From: Amoebidium appalachense
Taxonomy: Eukaryota > Protista > Ichthyosporea
Reading direction: 5' to 3'
Assembly: GCA_963693365.1 (NCBI GenBank)
Contig: CAVNZM010000010.1
Span: forward strand, 8,433,794 to 8,497,793
DNA: 64,000 nt
Under the pieces are notes generated by a model. It saw nothing but the letters and a program-made list of their open reading frames with translations, had not been told where the DNA came from and searched no databases. A program made the position numbers and the translations under genes. Positions 1-16,230 of this stretch are shown here, piece by piece (the first letter of the stretch is position 1; each line of letters starts with the position of its first letter).

Positions 1-208
1 CTCTCTCTCACTCTAGTCATATCTATAGATGGTGCTATGTGTTTTTTTTTTAGAATAGTGCTAGGTGGTGTCCTACTAAATCGCAAAACTTCTTCCTACT
101 TAATGACGACGTGTTTTTGTAGCCTACATGTATATATTGTACATGTGTCTGACTGTTTTTTGTACGTTTCTTCAGAGATAGGTATACCGCGGTCTGCGGG
201 GCCGCGAG

Positions 209-242
<34 letters not shown>

Positions 243-930
243 GTACCAAAAAGTGCATATATACGTAGCTGTGAAACATGATTACAGCTGCGGAGGGGTT
301 TCTGGCCATGACGCCCCCTTATTTGAATGTCTCGGATTATCGAGGTTTCCTTCTTCGACGTTCTCTTCATAATACCATGAACACGATCGGTGAGCCGAGA
401 ACGTAGCGGCACGTATATCTACACGTACAGTAGACCGTGCACGGTATCTTGGCAACGCGCACGGCAAATTCTCACTCTGTCGCACGGAGCAACACCATGA
501 GCTCTTTTACCTCTTTGTACAATATTCCTTTCATACTAGCAGTACAAGTTGTGTATGTACAGCCTAGGCTAATTAGCAAGACAACACCTGCAAACTTTCA
601 TACAGCCTGCCAATGAAATCGATAATACAGTAGCACGTCTAAAAATAGGTTTACATTGGTATGCAACACGCATTTCTCTGTAGGTACCCACATTCCTTAT
701 TTATCGGCTGGAATGTGCAACAAACGTTAGTCCTCAGCATACGCATATGGATAGCATAGTCAACACATGAATTCGACAAAAGAGCAAGTCAAAATAGAAC
801 ACCTTGAACGACAAAACCATTACTTCACAGGTTCTGGCTCCCATTGACCATAATGACCTTTTACAAGTAAGTTATTCATTATGATGACTGCACATGATGA
901 GCACAGTTGACCAGATCGGAGCTGATTTGA

Positions 931-1030
931 CAATCACCAATCATAGTGCGTATAAATCATGGTATACAATTGACGAATTCCGCTGAATGACAAAACGTAC
1001 ACAACCTACAATACTGTAGCAGGTATAAAA
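931..1030 (+). promoter_or_regulatory. Candidate core promoter (CCAAT at ~937, TATAAAA at 1024-1030) of the surface-protein gene
   Basis: Motifs ~165-260 bp upstream of the ATG, retained in copy 2 (tataaaa at ~10589). Motif match only. Confidence 0.3.
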
Positions 1031-1193
1031 CTCACTCGGTTCAACACCGGAACTTCATCCTGGCTGACTCTGCAGTATTGGAAATCCGAAACTTCTCCGC
1101 AACCCTAGCTACACCAAAGCTTCGCGCTCAAAAATTAACTCCGGCCAAACGTACATCATTAAGCAAATCAACGCTGAATCAGTATACGCGACC

Positions 1194-2987
1194 ATGTACA
1201 AGCTGCTGCTCGCCGGGGCGGCCCTATTCGGGGCCGTTGGCCAAGTTGCTGCACAGACGTGCACCAATGGCGCGGCCATTGACATCGAGGGCAGCACCGA
1301 CGCCTGTGTGTGCGACTCTGGCCGCACGGGCGACTGCAGCACGCTCGGTGCGTGTTTGGCCTCAGCAGACGCCAACCAGCCGCAGCTGCAGGTCACCACC
1401 AACCTGTCGGTCATCCAGCCGTGGATCGACGACACAGACTACTCGCTGGTCATCACCATGACCGGCGGCTCCAGGAAGAACCGTCGCTTCACATCCTTTG
1501 CCCTCAAGAATTGCGCCTCCGCCCGCTTCCTCTCCCTCGCCACCATCACAAACGCCAGCAATGTTGCCGACGCCAGCAACTGCAACGACTACATCCAGAT
1601 CAAGGTTGACGTCAACTACCTGGAGGCCGGCTGCGGGTTCACCGTGGGCCCTGCCTTTGACGAGGGTGGTGTGTGGTATCGCTTCTACAACGGCTCGCTC
1701 GACGTGACATACACTGAGCCCGTCACCCTCGGGTCGGTCAACGAGGCCAGCGACACGCGCACGGTGTCGACAACCCTGCCCGTCAACTTCAAGCTGCAGG
1801 TGCTGTTCAATGCCACCGTCACCACGGACGTCAACGTGACGTCCAAGTTCAACCTCACGGCCGCCGTCACGCAGCAGATTGTGCTGCGGCCCGACCAGGC
1901 GCAGAGCACGCTCAACCTTACGTATGCCATCCACTGGCCCTACGACGTGTCGCAGTACACGACCGTGCTCACCCCTGCTGCAGGTGCCTCCGTGTCTGCC
2001 GCCAACGCCGTCTCCGTCACGGGCCCCTCGGCCACCAGCGGCACCAACACGCTGGCTGACCGCTGCCGCAACGGCACGGCCAACGACTACGCATACCCCG
2101 GAGGCGCCGGTATCTGCCGCAAGACCATGCAGGTGACGTTCCTGCACCCCACGGACGCCAGCCCCCGTGTGTGCGAGCTCGACGGCACCTACACGCTCGA
2201 GCAGGTGACGGTCACGTGCTCGCCCGATATTGCGGCTGAGGACTGCCCCCTGCAGACGCCCGACACGGGCAGCAGCATCAGCCTCACGCTCAACTCGGAC
2301 AACTTCTGCCAGACAGGCGGGGCGCTGTACAGCATCAACAACATCATCAAGGTGGTGCGGTTCATTGCGCCCACCGGCACCACGGACGCGCTGCGCAAGG
2401 CGTCGACCACGCACCAGCGGGCCTGGGAGTGGAACCGGCCCACGTACTTCCGCATCGACCTGCAGGGGCCCAGCGTCAGCTCGGTGCTGCTGCAGAAGTG
2501 GGAGGTCAGCACGGACGGGGGTGCCTGGACCGACAAGACAAGCAACGCCGGGCTGGCCGTGAACGGGACGCTGGCGGCCAACTTCCAGCAGGATGTGACG
2601 GGCAGTGCCGTGGGCCTGCGTGCCAACGTCCCCGCGGGCACACCCACGGTCACGCAGACGTACTGGCTGCAGCAGGTCATGAGCAACGACGTGCTGCCCG
2701 ACCCCGGCCCGGGCCTGGTCACCCGGCTGTCTTTCCGCTGCACCTTTGAGGTCTACTACGAGGCTGCCGCCCGCCGCCGCCGTGCCGTGGTTGTGAGTGA
2801 GACGGAGAACCGCGTGCGCCGGGCCACCGAGTCTGGGTCGGCCACGGTGCGCACGTCCGGCTCGGTGTTTGGGCAGGCGGCCAGCAGCAACCCCGACACC
2901 CAGCTGACGGGCAGCAGCGCCGCACGCACGGCCGCAGCCACGCCCCTGCTGGCGGTGCTGGCCGCTGCCGCTCTGCTGCTGCTGTAG
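1194..2987 (+). CDS. Secreted, GPI-anchored Cys-containing surface protein (EGF-like + ZP-like beta domains + furin sites), copy 1, 597 aa, intronless
   Basis: Open 597-codon frame with strong GC3 bias and accATG context; signal peptide MYKLLLAGAALFGAVGQVAA; EGF-like CTNG..CVCDSGRTGDC; many NxS/T sequons; RRRR and RVRR basic sites; small-residue omega region plus hydrophobic tail PLLAVLAAAALLLL; near-identical intact second copy. Confidence 0.9.
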   Translation: MYKLLLAGAALFGAVGQVAAQTCTNGAAIDIEGSTDACVCDSGRTGDCSTLGACLASADANQPQLQVTTNLSVIQPWIDDTDYSLVITMTGGSRKNRRFTSFALKNCASARFLSLATITNASNVADASNCNDYIQIKVDVNYLEAGCGFTVGPAFDEGGVWYRFYNGSLDVTYTEPVTLGSVNEASDTRTVSTTLPVNFKLQVLFNATVTTDVNVTSKFNLTAAVTQQIVLRPDQAQSTLNLTYAIHWPYDVSQYTTVLTPAAGASVSAANAVSVTGPSATSGTNTLADRCRNGTANDYAYPGGAGICRKTMQVTFLHPTDASPRVCELDGTYTLEQVTVTCSPDIAAEDCPLQTPDTGSSISLTLNSDNFCQTGGALYSINNIIKVVRFIAPTGTTDALRKASTTHQRAWEWNRPTYFRIDLQGPSVSSVLLQKWEVSTDGGAWTDKTSNAGLAVNGTLAANFQQDVTGSAVGLRANVPAGTPTVTQTYWLQQVMSNDVLPDPGPGLVTRLSFRCTFEVYYEAAARRRRAVVVSETENRVRRATESGSATVRTSGSVFGQAASSNPDTQLTGSSAARTAAATPLLAVLAAAALLLL

Positions 2988-4118
2988 TTTTATTCTATGC
3001 TGTTTAGCAACCATAGGATGTGTCGATGTGCTAGTCCATCAATATGATGGTGCTAGCATGTGTCCAGTTTTTTTATTTAACGTCTCAGCTACAGAACAGA
3101 ATGCTCAGCTTTCATCTAGTAGCAGACCTTACAACCGCTCAATTCCTCAGCTACTTGAAAGACCCCTCGCAATGTATGTACACTACGTTTCACAGCTTTA
3201 TGACAGTTGGTCTTATCGTTTTTACTTAGTCACATCTTGCCCCACCACTATCTTTGCTAGTCGGTTTTTGAATGAGCGAATGTTGTCGGCGAATTGAAAG
3301 GCCTATGCTCTGTGAGCAAACAGGCTCATCACAATACACAAAAAGTATTCCAAAGCTAATTTGCACCAATGTACTCGAACCCTTGGGCGGCCCGACAGCC
3401 TTCCGGGTCCCTCGGTACTTACGTTTCTATGTATACGACCTATTTTATTTTGATATACTACTAGGCTGTATGGTATCCCCTTCACTCTCTTAAAACTGCA
3501 ACTGGTGGGACTTTTGAAACCCCCCCCCCCCCCCCCTCCCCTCCCTCCCCTTCCAAAAGAAAGAAAGAAAGAAGAAAAAGAAAAAAACACCCACCCACCT
3601 CTCAAGCACACACCATACACACACAACACATCGACACACTTGCACAGCTCAAATGGACACACAAACAAACAGGGCAAAAAAAAAAAAAAAAAGAAGAAAA
3701 AAAAAAGAAAAGGTTGTTCGTTGCAGCAAGCAGGATCGTGTATGTAATAACGGGCTCAGTATTTGGCAAGTGTGCATATCTGTCTTGGTAAGAGGTTCAC
3801 TTACCCTCTCTTACCATATTCCTACTTTTATTTAGTTTATTCCTATTTTTTTTTAATTTTAAAAAAAGTATTTTTTTCCTACTTTTTTCTAGTTTTATAA
3901 AAACGGATTTTTTGCGTGTCAAAACTTCCCGCCCATATTTCTATATTTGGCTAATCGATGTGATCGCGCGCGAATTATTGGTCCGTACAATTTTTTTGAG
4001 ATTACTGGTGTGTGTGATATATGCATTTTATCCAGCCCCCCTTCTCTCTCCCCCCTCCCCCCCCTCCCCCCCCTCCCCCCTCCCCCCTTCCCTTCCCTCC
4101 CCTCCCAGCGCTCACGTG

Positions 4119-6609
<2,491 letters not shown>

Positions 6610-6813
6610 CTGCAATGCTCGTTGGTGGTTCATGTGCATTCAGTGCAATTTGAAGGCCCGTTAGTTTGTGCTCAGTAGTAGATGTGTGTTAGGGTAGATT
6701 CAAAGGGTTATTTTTTGACATATTTTGCAATGTGAATATATTGTGTGTGTGTGTGTAGCAGGGGAGGGGGCGTGTGCGAGCCTTTGTCTGTGTGCCCTGG
6801 GTGTGTGTGTCTG

Positions 6814-6860
<47 letters not shown>

Positions 6861-7127
6861 GTGTGCGTGTGCGTGTGTGTGTGTGCACACGCGCGCACGC
6901 GTGTTTGTGTCGGGGCATGGGTGGGGAGGAGGCCGGTGAGAGAGAGAGGGGGGGGGGGGGGGGGGGGGGGGGGGGATGGGGTGGGGGGGGGGGGGGGGGG
7001 GGGGGCTCTGCAGCTTTCCTGGTTCGAGTCATTAATATTGACAAAAGGGCTTCATTGTTGCCTGTGTATCCTCAGGCACCCTGTGTTGCATTAACATATC
7101 ACAGTGTGTATAAACATCAAGAAAGGG

Positions 7128-7167
<40 letters not shown>

Positions 7168-7200
7168 ACCTCCACCTCAAAACCCCCTCACCTCCTCCCC

Positions 7201-7255
<55 letters not shown>

Positions 7256-7665
7256 CTGGGTGCAAGAGGTCGTCAGGAATGAACCGTCAGCACTCAAAGA
7301 AGGAAAAAGGATGGGTGTGGTCCAAATCTGAAATGTAGGGCCTGACGTTATGGCAGCTTGAATAAAAATGCCATTATAGACTTAATTAAAACCGGTGAGG
7401 GTATTGCAATTGGGAGTGATGTTGGCCGCCTGGGCCGGCCGAGGCCCCTGGAGACTCCGAATGATGGAGAGAGAGGGGGGGGGGGGGGGGGGGGAGGGGG
7501 GAGGGGGGGGGGGGAGTCCTGTCATCTCAGACCCCTCCTTCCCCCCCCCCCCCCCCCGTGACACACATACAGTGTACGCGGCCCAGGTTGACCCCCCCTC
7601 CCCCCCCCCCCCCCTCCTCCCCCGGCCCCCCTCAGTCCACACACACACACACACACACACACCGT

Positions 7666-7767
<102 letters not shown>

Positions 7768-8567
7768 ACACACCCACACACGCACGTGTCACACGTGCAC
7801 AAGCCCGCATACACATGTACACACAGACACACACGCACACACCGTGACTTGGCAACCGTGGGAGCAGGGATACGAGGGGCCTAGAGGGAATGCACACACA
7901 ATATTAACATACTTCATCATAGGCATTATTGTTGCCTGCATCCCCTCTCTCCTCTCCCCTCCTATCCCCCCTCCCATTCCCCGAAGTTCCCCCTTCCCTT
8001 TTCTTCACCCATCCCTCCCATCCTACTCCCCTCCCACCCCCCCCCCCCCCCCTCCCCCCCCTGGGTCCTCCTTCCCCGCCCCCCCTCCCCCCCTCCGGTC
8101 AGGCTTCCCCCGAAGAAAGAAAGGAAAAAACAATTTCGTGGGTGTGTGTGTGAAGGCTTGTGTGTGTGCATGTCACATATATGTGTCTGTGTGCCGTATG
8201 GTATTTGGCACTGCGGTGTATTAAGTCAGACGGAGCATGCTGTTGTCGGTTGTGTGGACGAATGCATGAATGTGCGCGCGGTGGCATGCAACGTGGATAC
8301 CCGTGTGTTTGTGCGCAGCGTGTGTGTGTGCGTGACACACTGCGCATGTGCATGCGCCCGCTTAATAAATGTGTGCATGTGCATGTGTATGCTAGTGTTC
8401 TTACACGCGTACCACATCCTCGAGATGTTCGGAAGGTGAATAGGAGAGGCTCCGACGGGGTTTTTTCACCGTGGGAATAGTGTGTGTGTGACTGTGTGTG
8501 TGTGTGCGTGCGTGTGTGTGTGTTTGTGTGTGTGTGTGCATGTGTGTGCGTGTGCGTGTGTGTGTGT

Positions 8568-8684
<117 letters not shown>

Positions 8685-9801
8685 TTGACCCCGTGTTCTT
8701 GTGTTTTTTCTTTCCGGTTGTACAGTGTAAGTCGGGGGGGGTGGGGAGGGGGGGGGAGGGGGGAGGGGTAGCGAATCATTCGGAACATGCCAATGCAGTA
8801 CATCATGTGTGGTGTCACGTGTGTGCATGGCAGTGCCTTGGATTGCTCGTGTACAACCCATCGGAATCCCTTTTGTGTGGGTGAGTGGGTGGGGATGAAA
8901 GGTAATCACGATTTTTTGAGGGGGTGGGATGGAAGATGAAGGCGGCAGGGGAGGGGGGGGGGGGGGGGGGGGGGGGGAGGGGAGGGGCCGGAGGGGGGGG
9001 GAGGGGGAGGAGGAGGGGAGATCTAGAGGAGGAAGGGGGCTCGAGGGAGGGGAGGGGGAAGGGGCCCCTTATTATTCACTCCCCACCGTGGCCCCTCTCT
9101 CACCGGCGAGGCTGGGATGCAAACCCTGGGCTAAGCGTGTACATAGTCTAGATAGTTCGGTGGTTGGTCACGTGTATTAGCTTAAGGATTGACTGCACCT
9201 TTATTAAATTAGTTAGCACCCAAACATAAATTAGGCTCTGTACAGCGGGGGAAGGTATTTCCTATGCGGGGCCCCAACTCCCCCCCCCCCCCCCCCCCCC
9301 CCCCAGCGGATCCCTCCGGGAACAAAACGGGACAAATAAAAAAAAATAGAAATAGAGTAAAAAACGTGCTGTATGGAAGACCAAATACGGTGATCCCCAG
9401 TGGGGGGCCCCTCCCGGGCCGGGAACAAAACGGTACAAAAACAAATTTACACAAACCCGAGTCACTACATAGTCTAGATCTCCGCCCCTCCTCCCCACCT
9501 CCCCCCCCAGTCCACCCCCTCCCCCTCCTCCCTCCTCCCCTCGAGGCCCGTCTCAAATTTGAGGATCCCTCATACCTATCTTTCTAAACTTCCATGAATC
9601 ATGAATGTCTATCGATGCTCGTGGCAGCTATCTGACTCACGAACGCTCTCACGAACACGCGTTACGAGCATGGATACAACTTCGCACGGAAGAGCCTTGC
9701 TGCCTTGGACAGTTTTTGATTGAGTCTGGCGTCCCGCCCGACATTCCATGAATTCCTGACCTTATCACCATCACTGCAATTGCATGCCTCTGCCCTGGGA
9801 G

Positions 9802-12552
9802 CTCGTACCAAAAAGTGCATATATACGTAGCTGTGAAACATGATTACAGCTGTGGATGGGTTTCTGGTCATGACGCCCCCTTATTTAAATGTCTCGGATT
9901 ATCGAGGTTTCCTTCTTCGACGTTCTCTTCATAATACCTTGAACACGATCGGTGAGCCGAGAACGTAGCGGCACGTATATTTACACGTAGATCGTGCACG
10001 GTATCTTGGCAACGCGCACGTGTTAACAGCACGGCAAATTCTTACTCTGTCGCGCGGAGCAACACCATAAGCTCCTTTACCTCTTTGTACAATATTCCTT
10101 TCATACCAGCAGTACAAGTTGTGTATGTACAGCCTAGGCTAATTAGCAAGACAGCACCTGCAAACTTTCATACAGTCTGCCAATGCAATCGATAATACAG
10201 TAGCACGTCTAAAAATAGGTTTACATTGGTATGCAACACGCATTTCTCTGTAGGTACCCACATTCCTTATTTATCGGCTGGAATGTGCAACAAACGTTTG
10301 TCCTTAGCACGCACATATGGATAGCATAGTCAACACATGAATTCGACAAAAGAGCAAGTCAAAATAGAACACCTTGAACGTCAAAACCACTACTTCACAG
10401 GTTTTGGCTCTCATTGACCATAATGACCTTTTACAAGTAAGTTATTCATTATGATGACTGCACATGATGAGCACAGTTGACCAGATCGGAGCTGATTTGA
10501 CAATCACCAATCATAGTGCGTATAAATCATGGTATACAATTGACGAATTCCGCTGAACGACACAACGTACCTACAATACTGTAGCAGGTATAAAAGTCAC
10601 TCGTTTCAATACCGGAACTTCATCCTGGCTGACTCTGCAGTATTGGAAATCCGAAACTTCTCCGCAACCCTAGCAACACCAAAGCGCCGCGCTCAAAAAT
10701 TAACTCCGGCCAAACGTACATCATCAAGCAAATCAACGCTGAATCAGTATACCCGACCATGTACAAGCTGCTGCTCGCCGGGGCGGCCCTATTCGGGGCC
10801 GTTGGCCAAGTTGCTGCACAGACGTGCACCAATGGCGCGGCCATTGACATCGAGGGCAGCACCGACGCCTGTGTGTGCGACTCTGGCCGCACGGGCGACT
10901 GCAGCACGCTCGGTGCGTGTTTGGCCTCGGCAGACGCCAACCAGCCGCAGCTGCAGGTCACCACCAACCTGTCGGTCATCCAGCCGTGGATCGACGACAC
11001 AGACTACTCGCTGGTCGTCACCATGACCGGCGGCGCCAGGAAGAACCGTCGCTTCACATCCTTTGCCCTCAAGAACTGCGCCTCCGCCCGCTTCCTCTCC
11101 CTCGCCACCATCACAAACGCCAGCAATGTTGCCGACGCCAGCAACTGCAACGACTACATCCAGATCAAGGTTGACGTCAACTACCTAGAGGCCGGCTGCG
11201 GGTTTACCGTGGGCCCTGCCTTTGACGAGGGTGGTGTGTGGTATCGCTTCTACAACGGCTCGCTCGACGTGACATACACTGAGCCCGTCACCCTCGGGTC
11301 GGTCAACGAGGCCAGCGACACGCGCACGGTGTCGACAACCCTGCCCGTCAACTTCAAGCTGCAGGTGCTGTTCAATGCCACCGTCACCACGGACGTCAAC
11401 GTGACGTCCAAGTTCAACCTCACGGCCGCCGTCACGCAGCAGATTGTGCTGCGGCCCGACCAGGCGCAGAGCACGCTCAACCTGACGTATGCCATCCACT
11501 GGCCCTACGACGTGTCGCAGTACAAGACCGTGCTCACCCCTGCTGCAGGTGCCTCCGTGTCTGCCGCCAACGCCGTCTCCGTCACGGGCCCCTCGGCCAC
11601 CAGTGGCACCAACACGCTGGCTGACCGCTGCCGCAACGGCACGGCCAACGACTACGCATACCCCGGAGGCGCCGGTATCTGCCGCAAGACCATGCAGGTG
11701 ACGTTCCTGCACCCCACGGATGCCAGCCCCCGTGTGTGCGAGCTCGACGGCACCTACACGCTCGAGCAGGTGACGGTCACGTGCTCGCCCGATATTGCGG
11801 CTGAGGACTGCCCCCTGCAGACGCCCGACACGGGCAGCAGCATCAGCCTCACGCTCAACTCGGACAACTTCTGCCAGACGGGCGGGGCGCTGTACAGCAT
11901 TAACAACATTATCAAGGTGGTGCGGTTCATTGCGCCCACCGGCACCACGGACGCGCTGCGCAAGGCGTCGACCACGCACCAGCGGGCCTGGGAGTGGAAC
12001 CGGCCCACGTACTTCCGCATCGACCTGCAGGGGCCCAGCGTCAGCTCGGTGCTGCTGCAGAAGTGGGAGGTCAGCACGGACGGGGGTGCCTGGACCGACA
12101 AGACAAGCAACGCCGGGCTGGCCGTGAACGGGACGCTGGCGGCCAACTTCCAGCAGGATGTGACGGGCAGTGCCGTGGGCCTGCGTGCCGACGTCCCCTC
12201 GGGCACGCCCACGGTCACGCAGACGTACTGGCTGCAGCAGGTCATGAGCAACGACGTGCTGCCCGACCCCGGCCCGGGCTTGGTCACCCGGCTGTCTTTC
12301 CGCTGCACCTTTGAGGTCTACTACGAGGCTGCCGCCCGCCGCCGCCGTGCCGTGGTTGTGAGTGAGACGGAGAACCGCGTGCGCCGGGCCACCGAGTCTG
12401 GGTCGGCCACGGTGCGCACGTCCGGCTCGGTGTTTGGGCAGGCGGCCAGCAGCAACCCCGACACCCAGCTGACGGGCAGCAGCGCCGCACGCACGGCCGC
12501 AGCCACGCCCCTGCTGGCGGTGCTTGCCGCCACCGCCCTGCTGCTGCTTTAG
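9802..12552 (+). repeat. Direct segmental duplication, unit 2
   Basis: Offset ~9565 bp from unit 1; homology stops at the stop codon. Confidence 0.9.
10759..12552 (+). CDS. Same secreted GPI-anchored ZP-like surface protein, copy 2, 597 aa, intronless
   Basis: Differs from copy 1 at 6 amino acids that I could count (I>V, S>A, T>K, N>D, A>S, A>T) plus several synonymous changes; no indels. Confidence 0.9.
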   Translation: MYKLLLAGAALFGAVGQVAAQTCTNGAAIDIEGSTDACVCDSGRTGDCSTLGACLASADANQPQLQVTTNLSVIQPWIDDTDYSLVVTMTGGARKNRRFTSFALKNCASARFLSLATITNASNVADASNCNDYIQIKVDVNYLEAGCGFTVGPAFDEGGVWYRFYNGSLDVTYTEPVTLGSVNEASDTRTVSTTLPVNFKLQVLFNATVTTDVNVTSKFNLTAAVTQQIVLRPDQAQSTLNLTYAIHWPYDVSQYKTVLTPAAGASVSAANAVSVTGPSATSGTNTLADRCRNGTANDYAYPGGAGICRKTMQVTFLHPTDASPRVCELDGTYTLEQVTVTCSPDIAAEDCPLQTPDTGSSISLTLNSDNFCQTGGALYSINNIIKVVRFIAPTGTTDALRKASTTHQRAWEWNRPTYFRIDLQGPSVSSVLLQKWEVSTDGGAWTDKTSNAGLAVNGTLAANFQQDVTGSAVGLRADVPSGTPTVTQTYWLQQVMSNDVLPDPGPGLVTRLSFRCTFEVYYEAAARRRRAVVVSETENRVRRATESGSATVRTSGSVFGQAASSNPDTQLTGSSAARTAAATPLLAVLAATALLLL

Positions 12553-13382
12553 TCAACGGCTGGGAAGTGCTTCTTGTTAATTCATATCACAATGGCATAT
12601 TCATAAAAACGTTTGTTACGTAAACGGTTTTAATGTGACTCACTGTGAACTCTTCGTTTATTGAAGACATCAGATGATGTATTATATGTTTTTTGGGAAT
12701 TGCTTTTAACGGAGTCTCTCACCATGGAATAGATACAGCGGATGTTTCATCGCTGTGCAACCCGTGCTCTGTGAGCACACGTCGTTTCTGGTGTCTGTTG
12801 TACAGTCAGTGTCAGCCCTTATGTATCGGTTGTACCATGAATGCTTTTAAATACAATAAAATCTTAAAATGAAGGCAATTGGTTTGGAGTCCGGTCTGGC
12901 AGTGCTCCCACTGGCATTTATTTTGAAAAACTTAGGGCCCGTTCAGTGCCACATTGGGACTACCTTGGGTCGATCCATCCCCCCCCCCTTCCCCCCCCCC
13001 CCCCCCCCCCTCCCCTTCCCCCCGTTTGTCCACTGTACAGGTCAGTCTATAACTCTCTAACTCTCTCTTTCCTCTCTCTCTCCCTCCCCCGCCCTATCCC
13101 GCCCCTTCCTCTCTCTCTTTCCCTCATGCCCCCCTCCCCCCCCCCCTCCCTCCCCCCTTCTCCCGAGCCCGACCCCCCCCCCCCCCCCCCCTCCCTTCTA
13201 ATCCCTTCCCCCCCTCTCCATCGATTCCCTCCCACTCTCGCAGTCTCTCTCTCTGTCTCCCCCGAGACATCAACCCCCCCCCCCCCCCCCCCCCGAGTCC
13301 CTCTCTCCCTCCCTCCCTCCCCTCCGAGCCTCTCCCACTCTCTCTGAGGAGTCCCTCTGTCTCTCATTCTCCCCCCCCCCCT

Positions 13383-13413
<31 letters not shown>

Positions 13414-14996
13414 TCCTCTCCCTCCCTCCCTCTCTCTCGGTGTGTCTGTATGTAATACATATATCTATACCTTTCTGCCCTCCTCAAAAAATAAAAAGCT
13501 CTTTCTCACGGCCTCTCTCTGAACGCAGCTAGCGCAGCTAATATTATTATTAGGTCCGTACGACGGAGGCCCCTGGGTATATGGAGATCGCTTACATAAA
13601 CCGCTAACAAACTTGGTATTTGATAATTTATCACCAAAATAAAGACATAAATCCATAACAAAAAAGGGGTTCGAGTGGGCCCTAAGTGGGGGGCTGCCGC
13701 CCCGGGCTCCCAACCCACCGCTAGCTAGAGGCCCTGGCGGCTCCTTCATGTTGCTCTGGGGTGATCGAACCGTTACCCCCCTAATTTACGACATGCATGG
13801 GGTCGTGCTTTGTCCAATCAGGTGCAAAGTTGAAAGGAGGCCCTGTCGTATGAAACAAACTGCGCTCCCCCCCCCCCCCTCCCACCCCCCACCCCACACA
13901 CACCGGTATTCTCTGTATCTCTAGCTCTCGAGTTCCCCCCCCCCCCCACAACCATCACATAAACACAAACATTGACCGTGTTAGATCACCTTATTAATGC
14001 TGCACAGTATGATATTGTGATACGGTGTCTTAACTTTCTCTCGGAGCTACCAATGCTAGCGTCTGCTTATCCATAATCTATACTAGGGTTGTTTTATTGC
14101 ATACAGTGTACATAAGTCACTAGCTGCATTTGATTGGCTGTGCTGGAAAACGCAGTAGGCCGTCAAGTGAGGCTGGGCCCCTGACGATGTCCGCAGCACT
14201 ACAAAGTGCATATTAAACCCCCCTTCATGACTCCCAAGCACGTACACAGACACCCACACACGCGCAACCGTAAACACACACACACACACACACGCACATG
14301 CACACGCACACGGACATTATATATGGTCCCACACACCAATGATCATGATCCCAGTAATTGTCACACTGCCAGCCCCCCCCCCCCCCCCCCCCCCCCACAC
14401 ACACACACAAACCTTCCCCCCCCGGCCCCTGCCATGCACTGACACTCACATGTACACAGTCTCTATGTCATCCCGAGAGACACGAACAAACATGTGGGGC
14501 ATGTGCGCGCACATCATGACACGCATGCATGCCACGCGCGCGCACACACACAGACACACGCACACACGTGTACACACTCACCCGTACCCGCACCCACACA
14601 CAGACACACACATGCATATAGACACACACATGCATATAGACACACACATACCCGGACACCGTCATGTGTGCACACACACACGTGACCAACACCAGGTGTT
14701 CTCCTTACACCACACCAGTCTAAACCACACACACGCAAGTTTTCTACCGTCACACACAACACGCATGTGTCCTCTCAACACCACACAACACCACACAAGT
14801 ATTAAATTTAGTTTAGTGTATCCAATTCGGTGCCACTGGCACATGACGTTTCCTTCATTTTCACATAATCGTTTAAAAATAAACTAAGGCATTTTTGTTT
14901 GAATTGATGAGCCTGGACTCTTTGCCCTTATTATCGTCTGACTTTTATTGTTTAGCAACTTCCTTCAGTCTACACCGCCCTTTATTAGACCGATTC

Positions 14997-15168
<172 letters not shown>

Positions 15169-15259
15169 TCACGAGCACCGCCCCCGCCCCTGCCTCCCCA
15201 AACAACCACGACCACGACCACCTCAAACCCATCCCTATCATACAAAAAAAAAAAAAAAA

Positions 15260-15291
<32 letters not shown>

Positions 15292-15460
15292 AAAAAGGGA
15301 ATAGCAAAAGGATTTGCAGTAAAATACAGGCAGTCCCGCTAGAGCACACCGCACCATGCCCATTGCTGCCTATACACATCTCAGTGGGCAGGCACATTGT
15401 GCACAACCATTACGTCATCGTATCAGAATGCCGCCTGCATTTGCATCCTCCTATGTGCGT

Positions 15461-15492
<32 letters not shown>

Positions 15493-15507
15493 ATGGACAT
15501 GTGTGTG

Positions 15508-15544
<37 letters not shown>

Positions 15545-15713
15545 CGCGCATATGCCCGCGCACGTGTGTGGGCCCGCCTCCTGTCCCAGGAAGCAGCCGA
15601 AAGCTCCCTCCGATTTTCAAGCAACCTGCTTACACACTAATTAGTAACCCTCCTGTGTTTCGTCTCTGCCCCCCTCCCCCCCCCCCCCCCTCCCCCCCCC
15701 CCCCCCCTCCCCC

Positions 15714-15773
<60 letters not shown>

Positions 15774-16230
15774 TTCCCTCCCAAAAAACTCGGCACCTGA
15801 ACACATGCAAGAGCAGACCATTGCACAAACACCTATGCTTCCCCCCTCCCTCCCTCCCCCCTCTTCCTTCTCGTTGGGTGAACGTGCGCACAGTGTGTGG
15901 GTGTGCTCTGGTGTTTCATGGTGGTGGGTGGGTGGGGAGTAGAAGGGGGGTGGATCGGTGGGTGGGTGGGTGAAGTGTGTGTGTGTGTTGGGGGGGGGGG
16001 GGGGGGGGGGGGGGGGAGGGGGGGGTTAGAATGCAGAACACGGTACGAAGTACAACTACGCGGTGAGAAACAAGGTGCAGAACACATACCAAAGCAAACA
16101 TGATAAAATGCAGCCGTCCGTTCTTTGAGGGGAGGAGGAGGAGAAGGAGGAGGAGGGAGGGAGGGAGGGTGGGTGAATGAGCGCGGGGGGGGGGGGGGGG
16201 GGGGGGGGGGGAGGGCACATACTGGCAGGG

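Larger units (their letters stand above)
240..2987 (+). repeat. Direct segmental duplication, unit 1 (~950 bp upstream + ORF)
   Basis: Aligns with 9802-12552 from ctcgtaccaaaaagtgc to the stop codon; unit 1 starts at the end of a (CT)n run. Confidence 0.9.

Noticed and set aside
1362-3014. 550-aa antisense ORF over the surface-protein gene
   Set aside because: Shadow of GC3-biased sense codons; broken by stops in copy 2 while the sense ORF is intact.
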